Counted from the stretch's first letter, positions 1 to 15,113 are shown. The stretch: DNA of 64,000 bases from Eledone cirrhosa (GCA_964016885.1 OZ024743.1:314774001-314838000); one strand, 5' to 3'. The notes: generated by a model from the letters alone, not told the origin. A program made the numbers and translations.

Positions 1-2752
1 GACACTTAGTTTGAAAATGTAATGCACTTTCTCTCCTAGGCCCATTGCTGGAGAGTGTGTTTTGTGTAAAGACCAGCAGTCACCCATGATATTCGTTTTT
101 ACCCCATCGATATATCCAGACGGAAAGCAAAGGCGGAAACAACTTGGCGGCAATGAGGATGCAATTCATATATACATTATATATGATGTCGCCAAAGGGC
201 TAGATAAATGCCCATACAACGTAGAAACTTGTGTCACATGAACTGTCATGCTTTCAGAATCGAACACCCCTAATTTACCAAAATGGATGCATTCATTTTT
301 ACGTGCGCAGAACATGGGTTATATTCATCTCTTCATAGTTCATACTAGCTGATATTCTCGTTTCAGTATTCTGTGTGTAAAACATGGAAGAGGTTTTAGT
401 GTTGACGGGCAAGTGAATGATCTTTTTACATGTGACACTATTTCTGTTAGTGTTAGAAATGTACTATTGTAGTCTAAATGAACAGGCTTCTTACATGAGA
501 CATCATTGTCGGCCAGAGTTGAATCTATCTACTATTACTATGAATACTCTATATTAAATTACAATTGGGTGACCCGAGGTGAGGAGATTTTGATTGTTTC
601 TATCAGTTTCAGATATTTACAATGAAAATATTTCAGTGTTCAATGATTTTGATAATATATCTACTTATCTCCACAATTTACATTTCACTACCTCTCATAT
701 TTTAATTTGCCTTTCATCCTTTCAATGCCAGTAAAGAATTAGTCTAGTACTGCAGTCGACTCACCCTCTATACTATTGTCTCACTTCATCTCTATTACTA
801 TTTTTACCACATCTCTTTCTTTTAAAATGTCGGCTGTGATCAGGCCTGAAAAGTAGACACGCTCCACCAAGATTAAAATGTCAATACTGCACTATCCGTC
901 TCTAACAGGGCTGATGGGTTCATATATGTAGTAGATACTTTCTGGACGCCAAAGTTCACTCTCAATCTTCAATAGCTACGCTGTATTGTTTGTTTTAATG
1001 GATTGGCGCTCATGCGAAAACGAGTAGTATTTATCAAATCCTACTAATTAGCGTATTGTGAGATCATGCAACTGTAATGTCAAGGATTGCCCAAACATAA
1101 TATTATGCTAAAAACAGCACTTCTTGGATTCAAACGTCTGTTTTCCACGCACCTAAAATGAGTAACCACCGGAACAGCTATCACCAACATTTTTGCTGCA
1201 CGGGCCAGTTCCATGCATCATAATTTTTCCTCGGACCGATGGAGAGCTGTCGGTGTCGGACACACGAATAACAAAACACATATAATAAACTGGATATTAT
1301 AAAATGTTATTATTAATTTAATTATTACATGTGTATTGTAAATGTGACTCAACTCAACATGAGCTAGACCGCAATAATTAATAAAATGAACAAAAAGTAT
1401 TCATTCTTTCTGTGCGGCCTTGTGGATGTGGACAGCTGCATAAGAATAACATATACATAATACCGCAGGTAAATATGTTATGCGAAAACCGAATTCATCG
1501 CTGCAAGTATGGGTACTGACACAGCTGTGTAGATAAAGTGATCGCTTCAAATGAAAGTGATTTTGAACATAGTAAGTATAATATCTGTGGGTAGAAATCA
1601 TCAGAAGAAACATTTATGAATCAAGCACTACGTTTAATACGCGTTATATGACGTTCCATTAATTTAAAATTGTATGCGTTTCTGTGTTTCAATAATTTAT
1701 ATCGGCGTGAGATATTAGCCTTACCTTAAATAACGAAACAAAATAAGGAAAAGTGTTTGTCAGCAATGCTAAATCATCTACTGGAAATATAAGGAATGGC
1801 GTAATTTTTCAAAATGTTTAATATGAAATAAAAACTAATGAAACAGTTTAACAATGTTTCATGTTTTGAATGCTGACATTTCAAATATCAATGGATTTAA
1901 GACTTCATATATATAGGTAGAGCTATTTGGAATTTGAGGTGTTAAAGAAGTTAAGGAACGAAATATTCACTTGTGTGTAGGGGGGGGGGGGTCTTCTCTG
2001 TGAGCTTTCTGCTGTCCAGCTCTCCAGAGAATTTCCTACCACTAACTTAGATCAATAACTGAAACATACGGAAACAGGTTCCCATACTATTCGTGGTCTT
2101 CGAAGTGTTAGAGAAGAGAATGGAAATAAGAAAGATATAGAGGAAGGATCTACCCTATTACTGAATGAGTAATATATTTATGGAGCTCGAAATGATGAAG
2201 AGTGACGTTGTCTACGGAGTTCCATCTTGTGTACATAATTTGCAGATAATTGGAACTATATTTTTACTGAAGTTGCCTTCCTTCTTGTTTCTACGATGGA
2301 TATAATTCTTTACAATTCTTTGGATAGCTTTCTGATTTCAAGGGCAGTGGTATATTAGTTTCTCCCTTATTTTTTCCCAACACATTAAATGATAGTTTGG
2401 CCTCTGCCGTTTAGTTTGGTTGATAGTTTGGTTGATAGTTTAGTTAAGTGCCACCTGCTTAGGTGTAAATTCTAATTAAAATAAAATCTTTAGCAACACT
2501 AAAACCAATTTATCTGATACTACACATCCAGTCTGAGGTTACTACTATATAATTATATAACATTATAAACATTTGGTGCATAAATCTAAAACCATCATTA
2601 TTATCACACTTAAAACAAACTACAAGTCACTCTCCATAGTATTCAAACGTTAGTGCTCGTGTAATAACTATTCAATATTATGAAATGCTATATAACTATA
2701 TATGTGTAAACAACGATTGAATTAGAATGAATTCAGAATATTTAAGATTTGC

Positions 2753-3047
<295 letters not shown>

Positions 3048-4473
3048 ATTGCAAACGCAAATATATAACGTCAGTTTTGACGGTGTCTATTAAAGAAATC
3101 ACAGTGTGAATGTTTGCTTTCCATCAGTAATAATTGATGAAATTTTGATGTCGTAGTATCGCCGTAGTGACAGACAACGTTTTCTGAGCATTTTAAGCTT
3201 GGCGGACCCTATCCTTCAACAGGTCTGAATGCACCCGAATTTTTCCAGAGACTGATAGAATGTAAGACAGGGGAAAAGAGAAAATACATTACAGGAATAG
3301 TTAACCCCAATACTGGACTGGTACATGTTTTATCGACATCAAACGGAGGAAAGTATATCTCCGCGGAATTTGAACTCAGAAAGAAGAGATTCTATGCGAC
3401 CTCCTTACAATTCTGTCACAGGAGGAATATTAGTTTTATAACTGGCATTTTTTCGGACACACACAAAGCTGCACTGAGTCCCCAGAAGTTACCAGTTATT
3501 CCAGTTCTGTATTATCTAGTGGAATGTATCCTAGGGGGAAATTGTTTGTGATAGAAATTTGTCAAATACAGCTAATGGCAGGGATTAGGGTTTTATTAGC
3601 TTAACCCCCTGGTAGTGAAATATAAATGCCATAATATCGATTCCGATAGAGATTATAATTTGGACATAACGATGAATACAAGAGCTATCAATTTCGTGTG
3701 TAATAATCATTGGATAAGAAAGAAGTCTCTATAGTTCTTTTAATATTAAATTCATTTTTGAGAGGCTTACCTTTGAAATACATAGTTCATGCGAAATATT
3801 CCAACGAATCTTAGATGCATTAGTTTACTAGTTAGAAATTGGAAAATAATCATGATCTAGCATTTTATTTAACTCGTGGACGATACGATAGTCATTAAAA
3901 TTAGACATAAAAATAAATTTTGACTTTGTTCCATACTGGCATGCTGGTATTGTATACAACTTATCATATGGTTTTCTATCACACCTGGAATTGTTTCAAT
4001 GTTACGCACGAAGTATTTTAATGTTTTATAATGTACAAATCAATGTACGAAACTGAATAAAAAGTTATAATAAACCGTTTAGAATAATTATGTACCCAAA
4101 TGTAGTTGTTTCAGTTTCAACATACATTTTTAAATCTCCTGCAAACTAAAACAACACCGAATTCTTTATTTCATATGTTATAAAACATTCATACTTGAAA
4201 GACTGTCCTAACATTGTTGAATAGACTCGTGCCAAATCTGGTCGAATAGAGTTATAATCAAATATGAGTTATGTTCGTAATCTAGCTGTTAATATAACTT
4301 GCCCACAAAAATTGTGTTCGTAGATTTAACATACAGGTGTTTATACTAACGTAATATAGATCTATTAAATAAATGTCATTGGCGACGTTAGAACAGTTAA
4401 TCACATTTGAGTAGCCAAATTAATTTCATCCAATATTGTCTGTAATACGAGTTAAAAATTATATATATATAAT

Positions 4474-4575
4474 ATATTATCTTTCGAGAAATAATATACA
4501 TCACAAAATGTTTGGCATACCTGAGGGAATTTTGATGACACCTTACTTTTTGTAAAAGTCAATGATAAGTAACAG

Positions 4576-4666
<91 letters not shown>

Positions 4667-4785
4667 ATATATATATATACATCCTTTTACTTTTCATTGA
4701 CATTTACAAAAAGGAAGGTGTCATCAAAATTCCCTCAGGTATGCCAAACATTTTGTGATGTATATTATTTCTCACAAGATAATAT
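4474..4785. repeat. ~106-bp inverted repeat (4474-4579 / 4680-4785) flanking (TA)n
   Basis: catcacaaaatgtttggcatacctgaggg... and its reverse complement, with several mismatches. Confidence 0.9.
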
Positions 4786-5055
4786 TAGAAGCTAGGGAAA
4801 GGGAAAAGGAAAAGTAACACATCTGAAGTGGCAAATAAGTTTAGTGAAGGTGTGAATAAATAACACGTCGTAAAATGAAACAAAGAAGATGAGTCAATAA
4901 TAATGAACAATTAATGAATAAAACTTCGCAATCGTGTAAACAAAATTACAATTGTTTATAGATACTTCCTTGAGAATATGCCCACAAAAGATTCTGCAGA
5001 ATAAAAAATTCAGAATATATCTATACGTGTGTGTTCATATATATATATATATATA

Positions 5056-5697
5056 TAAAGATTCAGCGAGAATCGCATTTCGGCGGGCAGGAAAAGCGAA
5101 GCGAAACGCAAAAATTAGAAATGATACTGGCTCAATAGTTAAAAACCAGAGCTAAACAATGTGTTAAGAAGCCATACAAAACTGAAAAGGTGGTCAAGAA
5201 GGCATTAACCACCCAAGCCAAAAATCAAATCAAGCTAAACAGGTCAAAACAAAATAAATGATAAAAAATAAATGATAACCAGACCTGAACTCTCGGAATT
5301 GCTGTTAAAATCCAATGTAGAGTTTCTGTGACACCTAAATCAAAATACACTCTGCTTAAAAATATAAGCTTTGGGTATAATGATCGAACAAGGAATATCA
5401 CGTTATCAACAGGTAATTCGCTCTGTACCAAATAAGTGAATGACACGGTGGTAAGTTAAACCACGTGTGGAAATCACAAGGGGAATAACCCCAGACTTTA
5501 GCAAAGTAATTTAGTAAGTGTAAATCATGCGAAAAATAGCATAAATAGCACGAATCGAATAAGTTCTCAACCGAGTGGTTTTAAAATATACTTATACAAT
5601 TAACCTGTCAATAGAAATTATTAACAAGTTAATTGTAAGACACGGGAGATTAATACAAATAAAGATTCAGCGAGAATCGCATTTCGGCGGGCAGGAA
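5056..5697. mobile_element. ~640-bp element between (TA)n tracts with identical 38-bp terminal direct repeats (PLE-like partial tandem)
   Basis: taaagattcagcgagaatcgcatttcggcgggcaggaa at 5056-5093 and 5660-5697; PLE assignment is by analogy only. Confidence 0.55.
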
Positions 5698-6659
5698 TAT
5701 ATATATATATATATATTAAAATATAAGTATTAATATAATTTATTAATACTTATATTTTAATATTAATAACTCCAGAAAATAATTCTTTTTTCGTTGAGTG
5801 CTTCCAATCTACTGTAAAACTCATTCTTTGACATAATCATTGAATATTGTTTAACTCTTTAATATATATATACACAGACAGATATATATGTATATATAAG
5901 TCATGACGAGCCAGACAATTATTAGACTTCGTCTAGGATCGGCTCCACCACTAACTCCCTGATTTTCTAAATATCTCATGTTGTAAATACATATTTACTT
6001 GTCAGATTGGACGCAATACGTTACATACTTGATAAATAGTAAAATCAAAAACAAAATCTCCGATGACACACACACACACACACAGGTGGTGCTATAGGTG
6101 GCATGGGAAACTGCTGGGCGAAACCTACAAAATATATATATATATATATAGATAGATAAATATACACGGGTGTGTATGATTGTGTATAGAAGATTATATT
6201 AATAAAAGGAATTCCAACTTTGTCTGATTTACTCGTTTTATTTACAATACTTTAAAATTTATAATGGTATTAGAATGAAATAGTAAGGTAGAATATAAAA
6301 TGTTAAGTGTTAATTGAACAAGTACTTTCATGCTTTCGCAATCTTCAGGTTCATAATGTGTTGTGACAGTCAAGTTTACAATTTTCAACTGTAATGACAT
6401 AGGTACATGTGTGCCTTATATACAGTGAAAAGTGTCTCCAGAATGCTAGGTCTTGCAAACTGTATTTCGACCAATCTGTGTGTAATTTCCCTGGATTACT
6501 AAAGCTGATTGGTTTAGACGTCACGGTTGGTTGAGCATATCTAACGACCACTAATTGATCCATCCCAAAGCATCATTTGTTTTGCTATTTTTAGAAATGA
6601 TGAAAATAGCATTTTCTAGTAATCATCACCATCAACATCACTTTTATTATTATTATGTA

Positions 6660-6840
6660 GATTGGCAGTATCGGTGGAGGGTCGGAGGCCATGCTTTCCA
6701 GCATAGTTACGTCCCTTTACGATCTCAGTTCAAGTCCCGCCGAGGTTGACTTTGCTGTTCATCCTTACGGGGTCGATAAAATAAAGTACCAGTAATGCAC
6801 TGGGTGTTTGCTGGCCTTGTGCTTAAAGTAGAAACAATTA
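6660..6840 (+). mobile_element. tRNA-derived SINE, family A
   Basis: A-box-like tggcagtatcgg, B-box gttcaagtcc, body ccgaggttgactttgc...gtcgataaaataaagtaccag, end gaaacaatta; more than 10 homologous copies in the window. Confidence 0.9.
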
Positions 6841-7402
6841 GTATTGTTGTTGTTGTTAGTGGTCGTAGTCGACATGGTCGTAGTCATAGTCATAGTAGGA
6901 GTAATCCCCCATTATTATTGTTCATTTTAGCTTGGGTTTGAATTTATCAATAACATTTTTTTCTTCGAATTTTCTCTTGATTTCACTTGGGCTGTGTAAT
7001 TTGAAGAATGGGAATATTATAGATATTCCCTGACCACATGTTGCTAGATGGTTACTTAGGGGTATCTGACGGACATTTGGGTCTCTGATTTGCTATATAT
7101 ATGTGCGATTGCTTTTGAGTACACACATATATGGATACAGACATATACACTAACATACATACACACATTAATGAACACATTTACTGGACATAGGAATGAA
7201 ACAATTCTAACTCTCTATAAGACATTTCTATAATAAAATAAATATAGTCACACACATACAGACAGAGAGAACCCCCACCCCACCCCCACATGTACATACA
7301 CATACATATATGTGTGTGTATGTGTATGTATATGTGGAGGGGGGGGGGTTCTGTCCGTCCAAATGTGTGTGAGTATATTTATTTATATATGTATTTATGT
7401 GA

Positions 7403-7433
<31 letters not shown>

Positions 7434-7438
<5 letters not shown>

Positions 7439-8240
7439 ATAGTAATACATTTCAAGACTAAAATCCAAAGAGCGCTCGATAAGGATTATATATAGGACCC
7501 GTAGAGCAAATATTTATTAAAATAACAGATTAAAGTTTAATCAAAAAATCGCTGCTTTCACCCTTATCGGGATCTTCTGAAACTAAAAAAATCAAAATAT
7601 GAACGCAGAAGTAAATATTTCAAAAAAAGTTGCAACCGAAGGAAGACAGGATGACGATACTTTGGTTCGTGGAAACGTTCCCTGGCAAAGAACGGATAAA
7701 AACGAATAATACGTCATTAATTGGAGCCGAGGTTAACTTTGCCTTTCATCCTTACAGGGTCAATAAAATAAAGTACCAGTAATGTACTGGATATTTGCTG
7801 GCCTTGTGCCAAAAGTGGAAACAATTAATTGGAGCAATGAAAACAATTACACGCAAAGACAAAACCACATGTATGGTATAAATGACGTCGTAGATTAATA
7901 TTCTATTAGGTGGTTCATGGAAACGCCAGAGAACGTCTCCACGAACCACCTAATAGAATGTTAGTCTACGACTTCGTTTATACATTACACGTGGTTTTGT
8001 TTTTGCGTGTAACTGTTTTCATTGCTCCAATTAATGACGTACTATTTTCGTTTTTATCCGTTCTCTGCCAGGGAACGTTTCCACGAACCAAAGTATCGTC
8101 ATCCTGTCTTCCTTCGGTTGCAACTTTTTTTTAAATATTTACTTCTGCGCTCACATTTCGATTTTTTTAGTTTCAGAAGATCCCGTTAAGGGTAAAAGCA
8201 GCAATTCTTTGCTTAAACGTTAATCTGTACTTTAATAAAT
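7434..8240. mobile_element. Palindromic PLE 3'-end (pLTR) remnant, centre ~7930, with HHR-like motifs at 7534-7584(-) and 8169-8218(+)
   Basis: Arms are reverse complements; the same sequence lies downstream of the GIY-YIG pseudogene at 26941-27110. Confidence 0.85.
7728..7823 (+). mobile_element. 5'-truncated SINE A inserted in the left palindrome arm
   Basis: TSD attaattggagc at 7716-7727 and 7824-7835; the right arm shows the empty site. Confidence 0.9.
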
Positions 8241-8242
8241 TA

Positions 8243-8290
<48 letters not shown>

Positions 8291-8295
<5 letters not shown>

Positions 8296-8359
8296 TACTC
8301 GTATTGACCATTGACGTCGGAGTGAAATTTAGTAAACATAAACTGAGGTGGGGCTTGTC

Positions 8360-8406
<47 letters not shown>

Positions 8407-8566
8407 TAGATAGATAGATATATAGATATAGATATATAGATACATATACATATATATATGTGTATCTATATATGTATCTATATATGTATATATATATGTA
8501 TCATATATATGTATCTATATATACACATATACATATATATATAGATACATATGTATATATATATAC

Positions 8567-8598
<32 letters not shown>

Positions 8599-8688
8599 GA
8601 TACATATATATATACATATATAGATACACATATATAGATACACATATATATATGTATATGTATCTATATATCTAAATCTATATATCTA

Positions 8689-8759
<71 letters not shown>

Positions 8760-8826
8760 CAAGCCCCACCTCAGTTTATGTTTACTAAATTTCACTCCGA
8801 CGTCAATAGTCAATACGAGTAAGTTT
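8291..8826. repeat. Palindrome: 70-bp unique arms (8291-8360 / 8757-8826) around a mirror-arranged TA/TAGA tract
   Basis: aaacttactcgtattgac...gcttgtca and its reverse complement, 1 mismatch. Confidence 0.9.
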
Positions 8827-9536
8827 TACTTGCTTACAGTGCCACGTAGGGCGACTGAGCCTGAAACCATGTGAGAATTCTATTGAATGTAAATCCACCG
8901 TCGAGCTCACCGGAAGCTAAATATAAATTTAAAGCACCATTCATTCAATTCAATGAGACAACAATACATTATTATACCCTTACACTACGTGTCTATTCCA
9001 GGGAGAATACATACTTGTCGTCTGGTTTTGAAGTACATCAAGATAATTAGCAGCATCACCAACACAATGTTATAGACTTAATCGATGTCAGACTAGAATT
9101 GTATTGTTTTATACAGAATAAATACTAAAGACATATTAGCACTATAAAGAATCATCTTCACTTACAGTTCTTTTCAAACTCTAATATCTTTAGAAATAGA
9201 CCGAAACAACTTGCAGCTATTTGATGGAGAGCACATTATGTCGGTATAGCCGAAATTTCAATCTGATAAGCTTTGCTATATATCATATCTTTAAATAATC
9301 TACACATTTATTGACACACATGCCTCATATCTCTCCCATTCCTCTTCAATAAAATCGAACATATATTTCCGATATATGTATGCTACATAAATGGCGCTCG
9401 TTCTTTCTTTACTATTTTATGTCCTATCTTCCTTCTTTTGTTTCTCCCTTTTGTTTTCACGATCTTATTCCCTTATTCCATGTCTTCCTCACAGCTCTGC
9501 CTGCTTTTTTTCCATTCTATGCATTCTCACATGTAC

Positions 9537-9589
<53 letters not shown>

Positions 9590-9597
9590 CACACACT

Positions 9598-9635
<38 letters not shown>

Positions 9636-9640
<5 letters not shown>

Positions 9641-9722
9641 ATAATGATAAATTTGAAGACTAAAATCCAAAGAGTGCTCGATAAGGATAAATATATTTCA
9701 AATATATAAGAACCGTAGAGCA

Positions 9723-9754
<32 letters not shown>

Positions 9755-9777
9755 ATGTGTGTGTACGTATATGCATG

Positions 9778-9809
<32 letters not shown>

Positions 9810-9815
9810 ATGTAC

Positions 9816-9850
<35 letters not shown>

Positions 9851-9895
9851 ATGTACATATATATATATAATATATATATATATATGTATGTACAT

Positions 9896-9931
<36 letters not shown>

Positions 9932-9934
9932 CAT

Positions 9935-9979
<45 letters not shown>

Positions 9980-10109
9980 GCATATACGTACACACACATA
10001 CACACACACACACACATATATATATATTGCTCTACGGTTCTTATATATTTGAAATATATTTATCCTTATCGAGCACTCTTTGGATTTTAGTCTTCAAATT
10101 TATTATTAT

Positions 10110-10114
<5 letters not shown>
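9636..10114. mobile_element. Inverted pair of PLE 3' tails (9636-9724 / 10026-10114) around a palindromic microsatellite
   Basis: tgctctacggttc...ttggattttagtcttc tail also at 7434-7510(-) and 29458-29545(+). Confidence 0.85.
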
Positions 10115-10163
<49 letters not shown>

Positions 10164-10260
10164 ATATATATTACATATAATATATACATATTAATATGTA
10201 TATATTATATGTATATATATGTATATATATATATATAAATATATATATGTATATATCTAT

Positions 10261-10350
10261 ATCATCATCATCATCATCATCACCGTTTTACGTTCGCTCT
10301 TCCATGCTAGCATGGGTTAGACGGGTTGTCCTGTTGTGGGCAGTGCCTGG
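10261..10350 (-). mobile_element. RTE-type LINE/SINE 3' tail ending in (GAT)n
   Basis: Minus strand reads ccgtctaacccatgctagcatggaagagcgaacgtaaaacggtgatgatgatg: hairpin followed by a trinucleotide tail. Confidence 0.55.
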
Positions 10351-10370
10351 TCATATATATATATATATAT

Positions 10371-10404
<34 letters not shown>

Positions 10405-10469
10405 ATGTATGTATATATATATGTATGTATGTATATATATATATATATATATATACATATATATATTAC

Positions 10470-10687
10470 AGGAACGATCGACTTTTCGTCAAATCGGACC
10501 GAGGGAACAATGTTTCCGTTGGTCTTTCCAATTGCTAATACTATCTATCGGTCGCAACTCCAGGTAGAAGGAGCAACGTGAAATAAAGTGTCTTGCTCAA
10601 GGACATAACGTATCGCCTGGTCCAGGAATCGAACTCACAACCTTACGATTGCGAATCCAATTCTCTAACCACTCAGCCACACGCCTT

Positions 10688-10690
<3 letters not shown>
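10470..10690 (-). mobile_element. tRNA-derived SINE, family B (CORE-like central domain)
   Basis: Minus strand: A-box tggctgagtgg, B-box gttcgattcc, tgtccttgagcaagacact; second copy at 39620-39836. Confidence 0.85.
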
Positions 10691-10748
<58 letters not shown>

Positions 10749-11435
10749 CAGCTCCGAATCTTTTACCTATTCTATCTTGGATACATACGGTAAACAGTAG
10801 ACACATTTATTACATAATATAGAATATATTAATATATTGAGATTGATCTTTGCAGTTACCCCATGGAGTTTAAATATCATCTGGAAAATGTATGTGAGCA
10901 TTTTTCCATGTGTAATCTCCAACCCCCTCATATTAAACAACTCCACCCAAAAAAACAGTTTTTATAACTAGTGGTCAATATCGAGAAGTGTGAACTGAGT
11001 ATACTAAATCCACTGCGGTTGATAGATGAAATAAATAATTTCGTTTTATTTCAGAGGAAACTAATGATCGATAATCTTTCATATGTGCAGACAGACGGAT
11101 ATCCTCACACACCATCACTCCCATCCACATACACACTCGTACGCACTCCCTAACACATATACTCCTCCCCTCTCTCTCACCTACAATCTTACACATGCAA
11201 CAAGATACATAATCATATATACAAGGTTAGCTACTGTGAGTACATTCTTCCTTGTGTTCCTTCCTGACAACTCACATTCGTCTCTCGCTTCATATATAAA
11301 GTAGGTAAGTATATAGACAAGCAGGTGAATATATATATATATATATATAAAAGAGAAAACACAGGTAAGCATTAAGAGAAGGATTTTATCCAGGTATTTA
11401 CGACCGTTTCATTGGTTAGTGCAACCTTATATTGC

Positions 11436-11467
<32 letters not shown>

Positions 11468-11505
11468 GGTGTTAAAGTTTGCTTGAAGCATTGTGAAATG
11501 TGTAA

Positions 11506-12133
<628 letters not shown>

Positions 12134-12520
12134 ATATATATAATATATATATAATATGTATATATATATATATATTGGTAAACGGAATAGAAAATGGTGA
12201 CAATGGTTCACAGTGAAAAATAGTTTAATTAGGTATAAATGAGAATTAGTAATTGTATTGGTTAGTAATCAGATTTGGTTTAAAATTTTACCGGTTGCGC
12301 ATTTCTAAATGCTTTTCAAAAATAATTTTGAGATAGAGCGCCCGTGATGTTTACTCTGATCTTATTAGTTTTGGGAATTCTACCTGTTTTTATGTTAAAA
12401 AAGTGGCTCCAGCGCTATTAAAATTGGTTTTTTGCGCCAATTCGTGTTGCAAAAATTCTTGTGGTCAAAACAATTTTGATTGGTCGGTGGAGATCATTGT
12501 TTCGTTGATCAGATCTGTCG

Positions 12521-12579
12521 GAAATGGAAAAAGATGAGTGTTGCGTACATGTACGGCAACACTCATCTTTTTCCATTTC
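12521..12579. repeat. ~59-bp near-perfect hairpin inside a TA-flanked element (12176-12708), followed by a degenerate HHR-like motif at 12577-12648
   Basis: gaaatggaaaaagatgagtgttgc-gtacatgtac-g-gcaacactcatctttttccatttc; then CCGAGGA...GAAAGCTT. Confidence 0.75.
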
Positions 12580-12708
12580 TCCGAGGAATATAAACCCCAC
12601 TATCAGGCTAGAAATTTCTCTAGTCTAAAATACGGTGAAAGCTTATAATTTCTAATTTCTAATTTCAAACTCGTGCACCGTCTCAAAAACATACTTACGT
12701 TTTTACGT

Positions 12709-12765
<57 letters not shown>

Positions 12766-12862
12766 TATATATATATTATATATATAATATATATACATGT
12801 ATATATATATACATGTATTTATATTATATATATAATATATATATAATATGTGTATATATATA

Positions 12863-12994
<132 letters not shown>

Positions 12995-13184
12995 CATATA
13001 TGGTGGCTGCCAACTCGTTTTCGAGTACGGCAACTACTTTATATCCATGTAGGAGAACCCCTACCGATGCGCTGAACGAGTGTGACTTTTTAGTCCAGCC
13101 AGCGACTTGAAAACTATGGTACAAACACTACACTTGTCACAATTATTGACACATAGTGCTGGGCCCATCGTTCCATGTGACGAC

Positions 13185-13572
13185 AAGTGCACAGATATCT
13201 CAAGATATAAAGCAATGCCTGTGCCGTGAAACTTTTATAGTGAGCAAAGACACTACACAAAGCCAGTCCCACTCTCTTAACCAAGGTGATATTTACCAAA
13301 AAGAAGAACAAGTCAACATCATTGGATACCATCAGGGTTGCAGGTGTTATATCAGAGTTTTCCTTCTCCTAGAATTCTGCCTTGACAAAGACTAAGGGGT
13401 CATCTCTCCCGGTGATTTTTGATGGCCATTGACTCTTAAGAGCTCCTTTGCCCCTTGACAGCTTTTGGTTTTAGTCCTGCAGGATGTCCTAAGTCACACT
13501 CCTCACCAAGAAACCTTGGTGTGGTTGCCAGTTTAGTCGCCAACGACCCGACCATGAGACAGGTTGTACTGG
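13185..13572 (-). mobile_element. Dispersed repeat, probable non-LTR retroelement 5' leader
   Basis: Collinear with 27129-27575(+): ccagtacaac...gcgactaaac...taagagtcaa...ctaggagaagg...gatgttga. Confidence 0.6.
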
Positions 13573-13615
13573 GATACATGTTACCATAGCACATACATAT
13601 ATATACATACATACA

Positions 13616-13649
<34 letters not shown>

Positions 13650-13781
13650 CGTATTTATGTATATACATATATATTGAGTTGTGTTCTTGCGCAAGACACT
13701 TTATATCACGTTGCGCCAGTTTATAAAAATAATAATAATAATTATAGTTACAACAATTTTTATTATTCAAATAAAAAAAAT

Positions 13782-13870
13782 AAAATTGAATCTTGTAGTG
13801 GGATGTTACAGAAACCTCGTTTGCTTGGAACAGTTAGGATTGCACGAAATGTATTGGATGTGAAAAGAAC
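13782..13870 (+). pseudogene. C-terminal remnant of an R4/NeSL-type (REL endonuclease) non-LTR retrotransposon
   Basis: LQKPRLLGTVRIARNVL resembles the conserved LQKxxLLGTxRILRxVL terminus. Confidence 0.65.
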
Positions 13871-14859
13871 AGAAGAAAACAGCGTCACGATACCTATAAC
13901 TACAGTAGGTGGTCCGCTATCTTGACTAAACCAGGTATTTAGATCAATCCTGTAGGAGGATGAAATATTAATAGGATTAGGGGTTCTGCACATGTGCTTC
14001 ACCGATAATGCATTTTGTCGATATCGTAATTTATCAATGTTTCCAATGAATTTGGCAGTATCTCAGTGTGCCTGAATAATAAATATTCACTTCTATTCCT
14101 ATAATATTTTCGTTATATGATATTTATTCAAACAACAATATGTATTTATATACATATAGTATACATGTCCATTGTTTTATGTAATCAAGTATAATTATGT
14201 AATAATAAAGAACAGTTCATATAAATTCAATATGATATTTTTATTGAAATATGTCAGGCGAAATTGATATGGTTCATATGTCAATAACACTTAGCTAACC
14301 TCGATTGTGTACTTGGTGGAATATGGACGATACGAGGATCAAAGCAAAAGTGCTTTGATGATAAAAAACAGGAAGAAACTCATAACATTGAAGATTGAAA
14401 TATGAAATGAGAAATCTAATCAAGAAATTAATTCACTTTTAATTTAAGTTGTAATTTTCAAAAGAGAACGATCCTTAATTAAGATCTACTCACTCTACCA
14501 CGCTAGACGACTCCATCTTCACCTATTCACACGTATTTTAGACGGCAGTAACTATTGAATTATATTAAATTATCTTGCACGCCGCTTTATAATATCGCAT
14601 AGCACGAAATAATTAATCAGTTTCCTTGCAAATTTAATTTCATTAAGGTGTATTTTATCATACTTCCACAGAAAAACCCAAACTCGTGTTAATGCAATTG
14701 TGAAGATATTTTTTTTTTCTTAATTTATTATGGATACTTCATTCAATAAGTTCAATTTAATATGATACTGGGGAGGAAAATGTAAAAGATGTAGGTTGAA
14801 TATTACTTTTGAGTTACAGGTATTATAAAAAATAAACTTAAATATTTGGAAACATAAAC

Positions 14860-14903
<44 letters not shown>

Positions 14904-14930
14904 CGAATCTGAATGACCCTCCCAAAGTAT

Positions 14931-14998
<68 letters not shown>

Positions 14999-15079
14999 CC
15001 TGCATTGTTTTCGCTTGATTATACATATACAAACGTTTATACCTCATTACACAATGCCTCAAGTGAACTGTAACCTCTT

Positions 15080-15113
<34 letters not shown>

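Noticed and set aside
486-578. Possible exon (aacag|...|gtgagg) reading FLHETSLSARVESIYYYYEYSILNYNWVTR
   Set aside because: No recognisable homology, weak acceptor and no compatible neighbouring exon found.
1150-1235. MMHGTGPCS on the minus strand resembling the Helitron MMHGPCG motif
   Set aside because: Too short, followed by a stop, with no other Rep/helicase motifs.
5320-5420. CTGTTGA...GAAACTCTA on the minus strand as an HHR
   Set aside because: Stems I and III do not pair convincingly.
10600-10690. tRNA-like sequence (also 39750-39836)
   Set aside because: It is the head of a SINE, continuing into a CORE-like body, and lacks a proper acceptor stem.
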